In this document: positions 50,087 to 59,408 of the stretch, piece by piece
Numbering within the stretch: position 1 is the stretch's first letter
Layout of the letters: each line of letters starts with the position of its first letter
NCBI GenBank assembly: GCA_045587365.1
Contig: JAZNCD010000078.1
Coordinates: forward strand, 3,557-67,556
Source of the DNA: Clostridia bacterium
GTDB lineage: Bacteria; Bacillota; Clostridia; Monoglobales; Monoglobaceae
Reading direction: 5' to 3'
Length of the DNA: 64,000 bases
The notes under the pieces: model-generated
Told to the model about the DNA's origin: nothing
Databases searched by the model: none
Seen by the model: the letters and a program-made list of their open reading frames with translations, nothing else
Program-made: the position numbers and the translations under genes

Positions 50087-50827
50087 TTATCTATGGTTTT
50101 TAAGCTTTTCAACAAGCTCTCTCTCTTTATCAGAAAGCTTTGCTTTACTCAATAATCCGCGACGTTTTTCAAAGGTTGTCCTGATTGACATTTCCTTTTT
50201 CCACTGACAAATATTTTTATGATGACCGCTAAGTAAAATATCAGGAACCCTTCGCCCTCTCCAAACTTCCGGTCTTGTATATTGCGGATATTCAAGCAGT
50301 CCGTTAAAGTGGGATTCGTCCGAGAAGGACTCTTCTCCCTTCAGTACTCCCGGAATAAGTCTCGCAGTTGCATCAACAACCGTCATTGCCGCTATTTCTC
50401 CGCCTGTTAAAACAAAATCACCAATTGATATTTCTCTGTCAACTATTTCATCAAGAACTCGTTGGTCAACACCTTCATAGTGGCCACAAATCAGTATAAT
50501 ATGTCCGCATTTAGACAACCTCTTTGCCATTCCCTGACGAAAAGTTTTTCCTTGTGGCGACAGATATATTGTCTCAGGTTTATAATCAAGACCCTTGCAT
50601 ATGCTTTCATAGGCATCAAAAATAGGCTGAGCCTGCATCACCATGCCTGTTCCGCCACCATATGGATAATCATCCACTTGTCCATGCTTATTTATAGCAA
50701 AATCACGTATATGAACACAGTTTATTTCTATAATTCCCTTAGCTCTGGCTCTGCCTATTATACTGTCTCCCAGCACCGACTCAATCATTTCAGGAAACAA
50801 GGTAAGAATGTCAAACCTCATCATCAA
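50087..50827 (-). CDS. trmD: tRNA (guanine37-N1)-methyltransferase
   Basis: ...RFDILTLFPEM..., ...ICGHYEGVDQRV..., ...SIGDFVLTGGE... Confidence 0.96.
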   Translation of the reverse strand: MMMRFDILTLFPEMIESVLGDSIIGRARAKGIIEINCVHIRDFAINKHGQVDDYPYGGGTGMVMQAQPIFDAYESICKGLDYKPETIYLSPQGKTFRQGMAKRLSKCGHIILICGHYEGVDQRVLDEIVDREISIGDFVLTGGEIAAMTVVDATARLIPGVLKGEESFSDESHFNGLLEYPQYTRPEVWRGRRVPDILLSGHHKNICQWKKEMSIRTTFEKRRGLLSKAKLSDKERELVEKLKNHR

Positions 50828-51329
50828 TCAGCCCTTTCATCAAGGTTACAATCACATATCCATCATCAATATTGACTTCATTTACAACATCATCTACTAC
50901 AGGGATTAAGGCATCCTTAAGCCCCTTTCTCTTTACCTGGTAAACATCGTTGCTTCCGGTTTTTATTACATCGTCAATTACACCAAGAACCTTGCCGTCA
51001 TTTGTACGAACCTCAAGTCCAAGTAAATCTGCAACATAATAAGTTCCCTCAGGAAGCTCGCCAAGAGCTTCTCTTGGCACAGTAACAATTTTATTTCTTA
51101 AAAGTTCTGCCTCGTTTATATTATTAATACCTTCAACGGCTACGATTTCGCAGTTTTTATGAAATCTTGTTTTAACAACCTTGTATTTTTCGCCATCGAG
51201 GTATATATATTCAAGTTCATCAAATATCACTGGGTCGTCACACCATGGTTGAATTTTTATTTCTCCTCTTATCCCATGGGTATTTACTACCTGACCAATT
51301 TCAAGTATGCTATTTCTCATAATTATCAT
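50811..51329 (-). CDS. rimM: 16S rRNA processing protein RimM
   Basis: ...IGQVVNTHGIRGEIKI... with a PRC-barrel C-terminus. Confidence 0.92.
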   Translation of the reverse strand: MIIMRNSILEIGQVVNTHGIRGEIKIQPWCDDPVIFDELEYIYLDGEKYKVVKTRFHKNCEIVAVEGINNINEAELLRNKIVTVPREALGELPEGTYYVADLLGLEVRTNDGKVLGVIDDVIKTGSNDVYQVKRKGLKDALIPVVDDVVNEVNIDDGYVIVTLMKGLIDDEV

Positions 51330-51388
51330 TCCTCATTTTTATATAGCCAAAAAAGACATAAGGGAGACGTACGCCGCCTCCCCTTTTC

Positions 51389-51637
51389 TTATACAATGTC
51401 AACAGTAACCTTTTTGTTATAATTGCTTGCGGCTGCTTTAACAACAGTTCTGATTGCCTTTGCAATTCTTCCCTGTTTGCCGATAACTTTTCCCATATCT
51501 TCTTCAGCAACATGAAGCTGAAGAACGATTGAATTCTCCGTTAAATTCTCAACAATTTCAACCGCATCAGGATTGTTAACCATTGATTTTGCAATAAATT
51601 CCAAAAGTTCTTTCATTGCTGTTGTTCCTTTCTGCAA
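51389..51637 (-). CDS. KH-domain RNA-binding protein (YlqC/UPF0109)
   Basis: ...DMGKVIGKQGRIAKAIRTVV... (GxxG KH motif). Confidence 0.88.
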   Translation of the reverse strand: MQKGTTAMKELLEFIAKSMVNNPDAVEIVENLTENSIVLQLHVAEEDMGKVIGKQGRIAKAIRTVVKAAASNYNKKVTVDIV

Positions 51638-51684
51638 AGCATTTGGCTATACCAAATGCTTTAAGATAATCAGTTATAAACCGA

Positions 51685-51927
51685 TTAGATAATACCCTTT
51701 TCCTTAAGCAAACGCTTAACAGTATCAGTAGGCTGAGCACCGTTGCCAATCCACTTCTGTACCTTTTCTGCGTCAAATTCTGTTGTTGCAGGGTCAGTCA
51801 TAGGATTGTATGTTCCAACCTGCTCAATAAATCTGCCATCACGGGGATATCTTGAGTCTGCTACAACTACACGATAAAAGGGAGCTCTCTTTGCACCCAT
51901 TCTCTTTAAACGAATTTTTACTGCCAT
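51685..51927 (-). CDS. rpsP: 30S ribosomal protein S16
   Basis: [26 protein letters not shown]... Confidence 0.97.
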   Translation of the reverse strand: MAVKIRLKRMGAKRAPFYRVVVADSRYPRDGRFIEQVGTYNPMTDPATTEFDAEKVQKWIGNGAQPTDTVKRLLKEKGII

Positions 51928-51978
51928 TTTAAATTACCTCCAAAAAATATGTGTATTTAATTATTTTTCTAAAATTAA

Positions 51979-53340
51979 TTATAATCCGGGAAAACCACCC
52001 ATTTTTCCAAACAAACCGGCTCTGCGTTTTCCTTTTTTGCCCATCATACTTCCAGATAATTGTTTCATCATCTTCTGCATCTGTTCAAACTGCTTTACAA
52101 GGGCGTTTACCTCAGCAACCGAGGTCCCGCTACCTTTGGCAATCCTGTCTCTTCTCGATGGGGTCAACTTATCTGTAAGCTCTCTTTCTCTCGGTGTCAT
52201 AGATTGAATAATTGCCTCTATATGCGCCATTTTCTTTTCATCTATCTGAGCATTTTTCAGCGCACCTGCATTCACACCAGGAAGCATGGTTAATATCTCC
52301 TGCATAGAGCCCATATTCTTCATCTGTGCCATCTGATCAAGAAAATCCGAGAATGTAAATCGGGATGTCCTCATCTTCTTTTCAAGTTCAGCAGCTTTTT
52401 TCATATCAAGTGCCTGCTCTGCCTTTTCAATAAGACTGAGCATATCGCCCATGCCGAGTATTCTCGATGCCATACGATCCGGATGAAAAACCTCTAAATC
52501 AGTCAACTTTTCACCCATACCACAGAATTTAATAGGCTTATTTGTAACTGCTCTTACCGAAAGTGCCGCACCGCCTCTGGTATCACCATCAAGCTTTGTC
52601 AAAACAACTCCGCTGATTTCAAGCTCATTATTAAAGCTCTCTGCAACGTTTACGGCATCCTGACCTGTCATTGCATCAACAACAAGTAAAATCTCTGTGG
52701 GATTTACTTCGGCACTGATTTCCTTTAACTCATTCATCAGCACTTCATCAATATGAAGTCTGCCGGCGGTATCTATAATCAAAACATCATTTGCATGAGC
52801 AATTGCATGGCGCAATCCCTCTTTTGCAATGCCGACCGCATCTGTACTGCCCTCTATTGCAAACACGGGGACTTCAAGCTTTCCACCGACAACCTGCAGC
52901 TGCTTTACAGCCGCGGGACGATACACGTCACAGGCACAAAGTAATGGTCTTTTGCCCTGTTTTTTCAATATGCCGCCAAGCTTTGCAGCAGTCGTTGTCT
53001 TACCTGCACCCTGAAGGCCCGCCATCATAATAACTGTCGGCGGCTTTGATGATATCTCAAGCTTTGAATCGGTTCCACCCATAAGCGAAACCAATTCTTC
53101 ATTAACAATTTTTATAACCTGCTGTGCAGGGGTAAGCGATTCCATAACCTCAGCGCCTGAGGCACGTTCTGTAACGGCTTTAACAAAATCCTTTACAACC
53201 TTAAAATTAACGTCTGCTTCCAAAAGGGCAAGCTTAACCTCACGCATTGCATCCTTCAAATCTTTTTCTCCAACCTTGCCCTTGCTGCGTAACTTTTTAA
53301 ATGTATTTTGAAGTTTATCCGAAAGACTTTCAAATGCCAC
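51979..53340 (-). CDS. ffh: Signal recognition particle protein Ffh
   Basis: ...MAGLQGAGKTTT..., ...DTAGRL..., Met-rich M domain. Confidence 0.97.
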   Translation of the reverse strand: MAFESLSDKLQNTFKKLRSKGKVGEKDLKDAMREVKLALLEADVNFKVVKDFVKAVTERASGAEVMESLTPAQQVIKIVNEELVSLMGGTDSKLEISSKPPTVIMMAGLQGAGKTTTAAKLGGILKKQGKRPLLCACDVYRPAAVKQLQVVGGKLEVPVFAIEGSTDAVGIAKEGLRHAIAHANDVLIIDTAGRLHIDEVLMNELKEISAEVNPTEILLVVDAMTGQDAVNVAESFNNELEISGVVLTKLDGDTRGGAALSVRAVTNKPIKFCGMGEKLTDLEVFHPDRMASRILGMGDMLSLIEKAEQALDMKKAAELEKKMRTSRFTFSDFLDQMAQMKNMGSMQEILTMLPGVNAGALKNAQIDEKKMAHIEAIIQSMTPRERELTDKLTPSRRDRIAKGSGTSVAEVNALVKQFEQMQKMMKQLSGSMMGKKGKRRAGLFGKMGGFPGL

Positions 53341-53360
53341 TGCATTCCCTCCTTTGACGT

Positions 53361-53735
53361 CTACTCTTCGCTTATATCATTAATAATGATCAATATCTCA
53401 TTTATTTTGTACTTTATATCATCAGATAAAAACCTAACATTCGGCGAGTTCTCAATATCTCTGATAATATTGTCTATACTTCCAAGTCTGTCTTTAATTC
53501 TCAAAAACTTAGCCGCAAGTCCAAGTCGCTCTTCTGTGTCATACATAGTATTTTCTGCACGCTTTATGTTATCACGCACCCCCTGACGGGTAATACCCAG
53601 ATGCTCGCTTATTTCAGACAGGGAAAGATCTTCGTTATAATAAAGATCAACACATTCAATCTGTCTGTCTGTCAGCATATTTTTATAAAAAGCAAATAGC
53701 AAACCAACCTGAACATTCTTTTCCATCATTATCAC
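53361..53735 (-). CDS. ylxM: YlxM/UPF0122 putative DNA-binding protein
   Basis: ...LTDRQIECVDLYYNEDLSLSEISEHLGITRQGVRDNIKRAE...; located upstream of ffh. Confidence 0.88.
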   Translation of the reverse strand: MIMMEKNVQVGLLFAFYKNMLTDRQIECVDLYYNEDLSLSEISEHLGITRQGVRDNIKRAENTMYDTEERLGLAAKFLRIKDRLGSIDNIIRDIENSPNVRFLSDDIKYKINEILIIINDISEE

Positions 53736-53753
53736 TCCGGCATATTAAAAACA

Positions 53754-53785
53754 ATACCTGTAAAGCAATTAAACTTTACAGGTAT
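53754..53785 (-). terminator. rnf operon terminator hairpin (also lies in the ylxM leader)
   Basis: Minus strand: ATACCTGTAAAG-tttaattg-CTTTACAGGTAT followed by TGTTTTTAAT. Confidence 0.7.
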
Positions 53786-53787
53786 CA

Positions 53788-53816
53788 ATTATAATATAAA
53801 TTTCTATAAATGTCAA
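53788..53816 (-). promoter_or_regulatory. Consensus sigma-A promoter for ylxM-ffh, located between the rnfB stop and the rnf terminator
   Basis: Minus strand: TTGACA - 17 nt - TATAAT. The -10 box ends 2 nt before the hairpin. Confidence 0.65.
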
Positions 53817-53833
53817 GAGATTTTTAAAACTTT

Positions 53834-54631
53834 TTAGTTGTTTTTATTTATAGCCTTTTGCGGGCATTTTGTAGCGCATATTCCGCAATTTACACACTTG
53901 TTTGGATCAATTACTGCAATATTATCCTTGACAACAATAGCCTCCTTAGGACAAGCTTTTGCGCATAATCCGCATCCAATACAACCAACAGAACAATCTC
54001 TTCTTGTTATCTTGCCCTTTTCTACCGACTTACATGTAATGGTATATTTACTGCGTGCAGGTAAAATCTTTATAATTTTTTTAGGACATTCAAGAGCACA
54101 AGCTCCGCAACCTACACATTTTTCGACATCAACATAAGCCACTCCGCTTTCAATTGAGATAGCATCAAATTTACAAACTGTCACACAAGAGCCAAACCCA
54201 AGACAACCGTGAGGGCACATCTTCTCTCCGCCACCGAGTCTTGCTGCACTGTGACAATCAGCAGGTCCGTCAAATATGTATTTCTGTACAGCTCTCTCAG
54301 GATTACCATTACACAAAACTCTTGCAACAACCTTTTCTTTCTCTGTGTTGTCTACGCCAAGAATTTCTGCAATTTTTTCTGCAACCTCTGCACCACCAAC
54401 AGGGCACATATTCGGTTTTACACCACCGGCAACCAACGCATTTGCATACGCGCCGCAACCTGCAAAACCACATCCACCACAGTTTGCACCGGGAAGAAGC
54501 TCTGTTATTTTCGGCACTCTCTTATCGGTTTTTACTTCAAAAATCTTTGATGCAACACCTAATAGAATTCCAAACAAAATCCCCATTCCACCTACAATAC
54601 ATACAGGTATTAATATATGAGTCATAATCAC
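53834..54631 (-). CDS. rnfB: Rnf electron transport complex subunit B
   Basis: N-terminal TM, then ...PGANCGGCGFAGCGAYA... and several CxxCxxCxxxCP ferredoxin motifs. Confidence 0.92.
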   Translation of the reverse strand: MIMTHILIPVCIVGGMGILFGILLGVASKIFEVKTDKRVPKITELLPGANCGGCGFAGCGAYANALVAGGVKPNMCPVGGAEVAEKIAEILGVDNTEKEKVVARVLCNGNPERAVQKYIFDGPADCHSAARLGGGEKMCPHGCLGFGSCVTVCKFDAISIESGVAYVDVEKCVGCGACALECPKKIIKILPARSKYTITCKSVEKGKITRRDCSVGCIGCGLCAKACPKEAIVVKDNIAVIDPNKCVNCGICATKCPQKAINKNN

Positions 54632-54640
54632 TTTCCTCCT

Positions 54641-55237
54641 TTAATTAAAGCTAAGCCCCGAAAAACCGAGGAAAGCAATTGATAAAAGCGCCGCCGTAAC
54701 AAGAACTATCGGCATTCCTTTTAAAAAGTCAGGTATATCCGAATTCTCAAGTCTTTCCCGAACGCCTGCAAACAACACAATTGCAAGAGTAAAGCCAAGA
54801 CCTGCAGCAGTACCATAAACAATAGATTTGATAAAGCTCATCTCTGTGCCGCCAAACTTTGTAATGTTCTGAATAGCCACGCCAAGCACTGCACAGTTTG
54901 TAGTTATCAAAGGCAGATAAACACCAAGAGAGTTATAAAGTGCAGGTATTGACTTTTGCAAAAACATCTCAACGAACTGAACAAGCACCGCAATAACTAA
55001 AATAAACGCTATTGTTTGCATATACTCTATTCCAAAGGGAACAAGCAGATACTCCTGAACAACCCAGGTGAGAGCCGATGCACAAAGCATAACAAACACA
55101 ACTGCAAAACCCATACCGCTTGCAGTTTCTACTTTTTTAGACACGCCAAGGAAGGGACAAATACCAAGAAACTGAACTAATACAAAGTTGTTTATCAGTA
55201 TTGCACCGACACATATAACTAAAAGTTCACTAATCAT
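54641..55237 (-). CDS. rnfA: Rnf complex subunit A
   Basis: 198 aa polytopic: ...NNFVLVQFLGICPFLGVS... Confidence 0.93.
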   Translation of the reverse strand: MISELLVICVGAILINNFVLVQFLGICPFLGVSKKVETASGMGFAVVFVMLCASALTWVVQEYLLVPFGIEYMQTIAFILVIAVLVQFVEMFLQKSIPALYNSLGVYLPLITTNCAVLGVAIQNITKFGGTEMSFIKSIVYGTAAGLGFTLAIVLFAGVRERLENSDIPDFLKGMPIVLVTAALLSIAFLGFSGLSFN

Positions 55238-55883
55238 TATTTGCCGCCTCCTTCTTATGTTTAGATTTGTTTGATATAGAGTTGATTATAGCAATCAAAA
55301 TTCCAAGGGTAAGAAACGCACCCGGAGGTAGAATCATTATAGATGCCGGTTGAAAACCATCACCGAACAAGGGTATTCCGGCAAAGGTTCCCGCTCCGAG
55401 GATTTCTCTTACCGATGCAATAAGTGTAAGTGCAACAGTAAAGCCTATTCCCATACCAAGTCCGTCAAAAGCAGAAGTTAAAACGCCGTTTTTGGATGCA
55501 AAAGCCTCTGCACGACCAAGAATAATACAGTTTACAACTATAAGGGGTATATATATACCAAGGCTTGCAGAAAGTGCCGGCACATAGGCCTTCATAAGCA
55601 TCTCTACAATTGTCACAAATCCTGCAACTATAACTATATACGATGCTATACGAATCTTATTTGGAATAAAGTTTCTGAGCATAGATATAACTATGTTTGA
55701 ACAAATCAGTACTGCCGTTGTGGAAAGTCCCATACCTATACCGTTTATAACGCCTGTTGTAACTGCAAGGGTCGGACACATACCAAGCATAAGAACAAAT
55801 GTAGGGTTTTCCTTGATAAGTCCGTTAAAAAACGCACCAAAGGCAGAGCCGCCTTTTTTCTTCTTATCACTCATTTTGTCCAC
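55230..55883 (-). CDS. rnfE: Rnf complex subunit E
   Basis: ...NPTFVLMLGMCPTLAVT... Confidence 0.93.
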   Translation of the reverse strand: MDKMSDKKKKGGSAFGAFFNGLIKENPTFVLMLGMCPTLAVTTGVINGIGMGLSTTAVLICSNIVISMLRNFIPNKIRIASYIVIVAGFVTIVEMLMKAYVPALSASLGIYIPLIVVNCIILGRAEAFASKNGVLTSAFDGLGMGIGFTVALTLIASVREILGAGTFAGIPLFGDGFQPASIMILPPGAFLTLGILIAIINSISNKSKHKKEAANND

Positions 55884-56469
55884 CCCCCTCTACTGCCGCA
55901 TCAAGTGCACAGTTAACCGCCTTTGTTACCGCTTTAGATGTAACCGTCGCACCCGATATAGCTGAAATAGTATTTGTATCAGCACTTCCGCCGTTATTCT
56001 TTTCTACGCCTATTCCGCTTGCAAGACCGCTATACTGATCAGAAAACTCAGCAGTACCTGCTTTTGCACCAAGACCTGCCGTCTCGCTCATCGACATAAT
56101 CTTAATTTGCGAAACTTTAAATTCCTCTGTTATGCCAACCATTACATTGATGTCTCCGCCGTATCCCTCGTGACAAACAGCGCTTGCAACATATCCACAG
56201 ATATTTTCTCCATCTAAACCTTTATACAGACTTTCAAGCTCAACCCCTGCTTCAGACGGTGTAAATCCTGAACTTTCTATCTCTTCAAATTCCTTTGCAT
56301 CAGGCAAAAGCTCCTGCATAGATGTGTTGAATTCTTTTTCTTCATTGACCTTTATAATCGGGGCTGTTACAGAGTTTATAAATCCAAGAAGTCCGGCAAC
56401 TATAAAGCATATTACAAAAAGCTTAAGTGTCAGTACAAATATTTCCTTTGATGCACTTTCTTTTTTCAT
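55867..56469 (-). CDS. rnfG: Rnf complex subunit G (FMN-binding)
   Basis: ...ISAISGATVTSKAV... (flavinylation motif). Confidence 0.9.
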   Translation of the reverse strand: MKKESASKEIFVLTLKLFVICFIVAGLLGFINSVTAPIIKVNEEKEFNTSMQELLPDAKEFEEIESSGFTPSEAGVELESLYKGLDGENICGYVASAVCHEGYGGDINVMVGITEEFKVSQIKIMSMSETAGLGAKAGTAEFSDQYSGLASGIGVEKNNGGSADTNTISAISGATVTSKAVTKAVNCALDAAVEGGGQNE

Positions 56470-57452
56470 TACGCCCTCGCCTCCTTCTTTGACTTTACAT
56501 AACCAAATCTCTTAGGAGCCGTAATTTTATCAATAAGAGGTGTCGCAATATTCATCAAAAGAATTGAATATGATACACCCTCAGGATATCCACCCCATAT
56601 ACGAATTAAAACAGTAATAATTCCGCATCCTAATGCAAATAAAACCTGCCCCCATGGAGTGGTCGGAGTCGTTGTATAGTCAGTTGCCATAAAGCAGGCA
56701 CCAAGCATAAGACCGCCCGAGAGTATTGCATAAAGCGGATCTCCCGTTGCTATACCATTTCTTCCACCGAAGAGCCACATACCAAGTGCAACAGTTGCAA
56801 TATAGATGAGCGGAACTCTTATTCTGATAACCTTTTTAGCAATCAGGTATATGGCACCGATTAAAATTGCAAGAGCTGATGTTTCACCTATGCAACCGCC
56901 TGTATATCCAAGAAAGAGTGTCAAATAGTCAAAGCTTGCACCACCCTCAACGTATGCAACAAGAGGCGTAGCTGCAGATATTGCATCAGGTGTACCAAAC
57001 ACCGGTAAAACCGTGTCGGGGGCATACCATGTTGTCATAGGAAGTGCCCAGGCGGCAAGCAGAAATGCTCTGCCGGCAAGCGCAGGATTCATAAAGTTAT
57101 GACCAAGTCCGCCAAAAAACTGCTTAACAACAATTATTGCAAAAACAGAGCCGATAACTGCCATCCAGAGTGGAATTGACGCAGGCAGATTAAATGCCAG
57201 CAGCATACCGGTAACAATTGCACTTAAATCGCCCGTTGTATCAGGCTTTTTAAGAATTTTCTGCCATATGTATTCGGAGAGCACACAGCTTATGATACAA
57301 ACAAGTGTAACCACAAGCGCTCTAAAACCAAAAACAAGAATTCCCGCAGCGAAAGCAGGCATCAATGCAATTATCACATCAAGCATTATTTTTGTAACAG
57401 TATCATCGCTCCCGATATGCGGAGAGTGTGATACAATCAATTTTTCCTCCAT
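56469..57452 (-). CDS. rnfD: Rnf complex subunit D
   Basis: 327 aa polytopic: ...SHSPHI..., ...ATPL..., NqrB/RnfD pattern. Confidence 0.92.
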   Translation of the reverse strand: MEEKLIVSHSPHIGSDDTVTKIMLDVIIALMPAFAAGILVFGFRALVVTLVCIISCVLSEYIWQKILKKPDTTGDLSAIVTGMLLAFNLPASIPLWMAVIGSVFAIIVVKQFFGGLGHNFMNPALAGRAFLLAAWALPMTTWYAPDTVLPVFGTPDAISAATPLVAYVEGGASFDYLTLFLGYTGGCIGETSALAILIGAIYLIAKKVIRIRVPLIYIATVALGMWLFGGRNGIATGDPLYAILSGGLMLGACFMATDYTTTPTTPWGQVLFALGCGIITVLIRIWGGYPEGVSYSILLMNIATPLIDKITAPKRFGYVKSKKEARA

Positions 57453-57469
57453 ATATATCCCTCCATCCT

Positions 57470-58801
57470 CTACGCCTTAGCGCGAGTCTGCATCTCACGC
57501 AGCTTAACCTTTGCAACCTTAATTTGCTGAACCTGTCTTCGTTTAGACGGACAAACATAGGCGCAACTGCCACATTCAATACAATCCGTAACATTTAACT
57601 TCTGCAGTGCGTCTGTATCATATACTCTTGCGGCAATATCTAAAAGATTAGGTTGCAGCTTCATAGGACAAACATATACACACTTTGCACATCTGATACA
57701 TACGTTTTCTTCATCAAGTTTTGCTGTCGTTTCACCAAATGCAATTATTCCCGAAGTACCCTTAATCACAGGAACGGATGTGTTTGGCACAGCCGTACCC
57801 ATCATCGGTGCTCCCATAAGGACCTTTTTAGCTTCATAATTCAAACCACCCGACTGTTCAATAAGGTAGGAAAACGGAGTGCCTATCCTTGCCCGGTAAT
57901 TCATCGGATTCTTCATTGCATCACCGCCAAGGGTTACAATCCTCTTTATAACCGGCATACCCTTTACAACCGCTCTGTATATCGCGGCACATGTGTCAAT
58001 ATTATTTACAATGCATCCGCTCTGCCACGGCAGTGTACCGGGAGCAAGCTTTCTGCCTGTTATTGCGTTTATGAGTTGTTTCTCAGCACCCTGAGGGTAC
58101 TTGGTCTTAAGAGGAACAATATGTATATTTACATCCGTAACCTCAGCCGCCGCTTTTTTCATATTGGTGATTGCCTCAGGCTTGTTACTCTCGATACCGA
58201 TATAACCATCCTTTAGTCCAAAAATATGTATTAAAATTTTAAGCCCGCCTATAATTTCGTCGGGGGTCTCAAGCATAGCACGATAATCCGACGTCAGATA
58301 AGGCTCACACTCCGCCCCGTTGATTATTACATAATCAATCTTTGCACCATCGGGAACAGACAACTTAACATGGGTTGGGAATGTAGCACCTCCCATACCA
58401 ACAATGCCTGCATCCCTAATTATATCAATTAGTTCTTTAGCGGATTTTGTTTTGTAATCTTCGCCAAAATGTTCTACCGCAGGCGCAAGCTCATCAAGCC
58501 CGTCGTTTTTAACAACTATACTCTCTGTCGGCAAACCATTTGGATGTAATCTTTTTTCAATTGCCACAACAGTGCCCGAAACAGATGAATGAATATTTGC
58601 CGACATAAATCCGTCGGCTTCAGCTATCTTTTGCCCCACCAAAACCCTGTCTCCAACTTTTACGCATGGTTTTGACGGTGCACCTATATGCTGGGAAATC
58701 GGAAAAACCAACTCCTCCGGCGGAACAAGATCAACTATCATAGCTGAGGCTGTCTCTGCCTTATGGTCAGCAGGGTGCACACCACCTTTAAATGTCCTCA
58801 T
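57470..58801 (-). CDS. rnfC: Rnf complex subunit C
   Basis: ...GIVGMGGATFPTHVKL... and two CxxCxxCxxxCP motifs near the C-terminus. Confidence 0.94.
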   Translation of the reverse strand: MRTFKGGVHPADHKAETASAMIVDLVPPEELVFPISQHIGAPSKPCVKVGDRVLVGQKIAEADGFMSANIHSSVSGTVVAIEKRLHPNGLPTESIVVKNDGLDELAPAVEHFGEDYKTKSAKELIDIIRDAGIVGMGGATFPTHVKLSVPDGAKIDYVIINGAECEPYLTSDYRAMLETPDEIIGGLKILIHIFGLKDGYIGIESNKPEAITNMKKAAAEVTDVNIHIVPLKTKYPQGAEKQLINAITGRKLAPGTLPWQSGCIVNNIDTCAAIYRAVVKGMPVIKRIVTLGGDAMKNPMNYRARIGTPFSYLIEQSGGLNYEAKKVLMGAPMMGTAVPNTSVPVIKGTSGIIAFGETTAKLDEENVCIRCAKCVYVCPMKLQPNLLDIAARVYDTDALQKLNVTDCIECGSCAYVCPSKRRQVQQIKVAKVKLREMQTRAKA

Positions 58802-58871
58802 TTACTTCACCTTCTTAATATTATATACTCTCAACCTGATATGCACAAAGTTACATACAGTACCAATTATA

Positions 58872-58900
58872 AGTATACAATTTATATAATTCTATGTCAA
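58872..58900 (-). promoter_or_regulatory. Sigma-A promoter of rnfCDGEAB
   Basis: Minus strand: TTGACA - 17 nt - TATACT. Confidence 0.6.
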
Positions 58901-58912
58901 GCAAATACGAAT

Positions 58913-58930
58913 AAGTTAAAATTTTAACAA
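58913..58930. promoter_or_regulatory. Rex-like operator candidate
   Basis: AAGTTAAAATTTTAACAA against the clostridial Rex consensus TTGTTAAnnnnTTAACAA: 12 of 14 defined positions. The core GTTAAAATTTTAAC is a perfect 14-bp palindrome. Confidence 0.3.
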
Positions 58931-58944
58931 AAGCTGCAATTCGA

Positions 58945-58972
58945 TTGACAAATAATTATATTTTGATATAAT
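58945..58972 (+). promoter_or_regulatory. Sigma-A promoter of the zur-znu operon
   Basis: TTGACA - 16 nt - TATAAT, followed at 58974-58988 by the inverted repeat TGAGA-ataac-TCTCA. Confidence 0.6.
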
Positions 58973-59004
58973 ATGAGAATAACTCTCAATTTGGAGATGG
59001 TAAA

Positions 59005-59397
59005 ATGGGTTACAATACAATTCAAAAAAAATTGCTTGCCGACTTCTTGCGGCAAAACCACAATTCCTCCTTTACAATTGATGAAATCGCATCAAAAATT
59101 TCTGTTGGTAAGAGCACGATATATCGGCTTATGCCAAAGCTTGTTGAGGACGGAACAGTTAAACGCTTCACTAAGGGTACCACACGCATTTTTTTATATC
59201 AGTATGTTAATTGCAAAGAATGTTCCTGTCATCTGCATATGAAGTGTATGGATTGCGGCAAAATTCTGCACATGAATGACAAGGTTACAAACGACCTTAT
59301 AAGCAGCATAATGTTTGACAACAACTTTACTGTCGATAAAAATCATACAATACTGTTTGGAAAATGCTCTCATTGTAACAGTTTGGGCGGCAAATAA
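59005..59397 (+). CDS. zur: Fur-family metalloregulator (probably Zur)
   Basis: 130 aa: winged-helix N-terminus, CxxC...CxxC (CKECSCH...CMDCGK, CSHC). First gene of a metal ABC transporter operon. Confidence 0.7.
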   Translation: MGYNTIQKKLLADFLRQNHNSSFTIDEIASKISVGKSTIYRLMPKLVEDGTVKRFTKGTTRIFLYQYVNCKECSCHLHMKCMDCGKILHMNDKVTNDLISSIMFDNNFTVDKNHTILFGKCSHCNSLGGK

Positions 59398-59408
59398 AGG
59401 AGAAGCTT

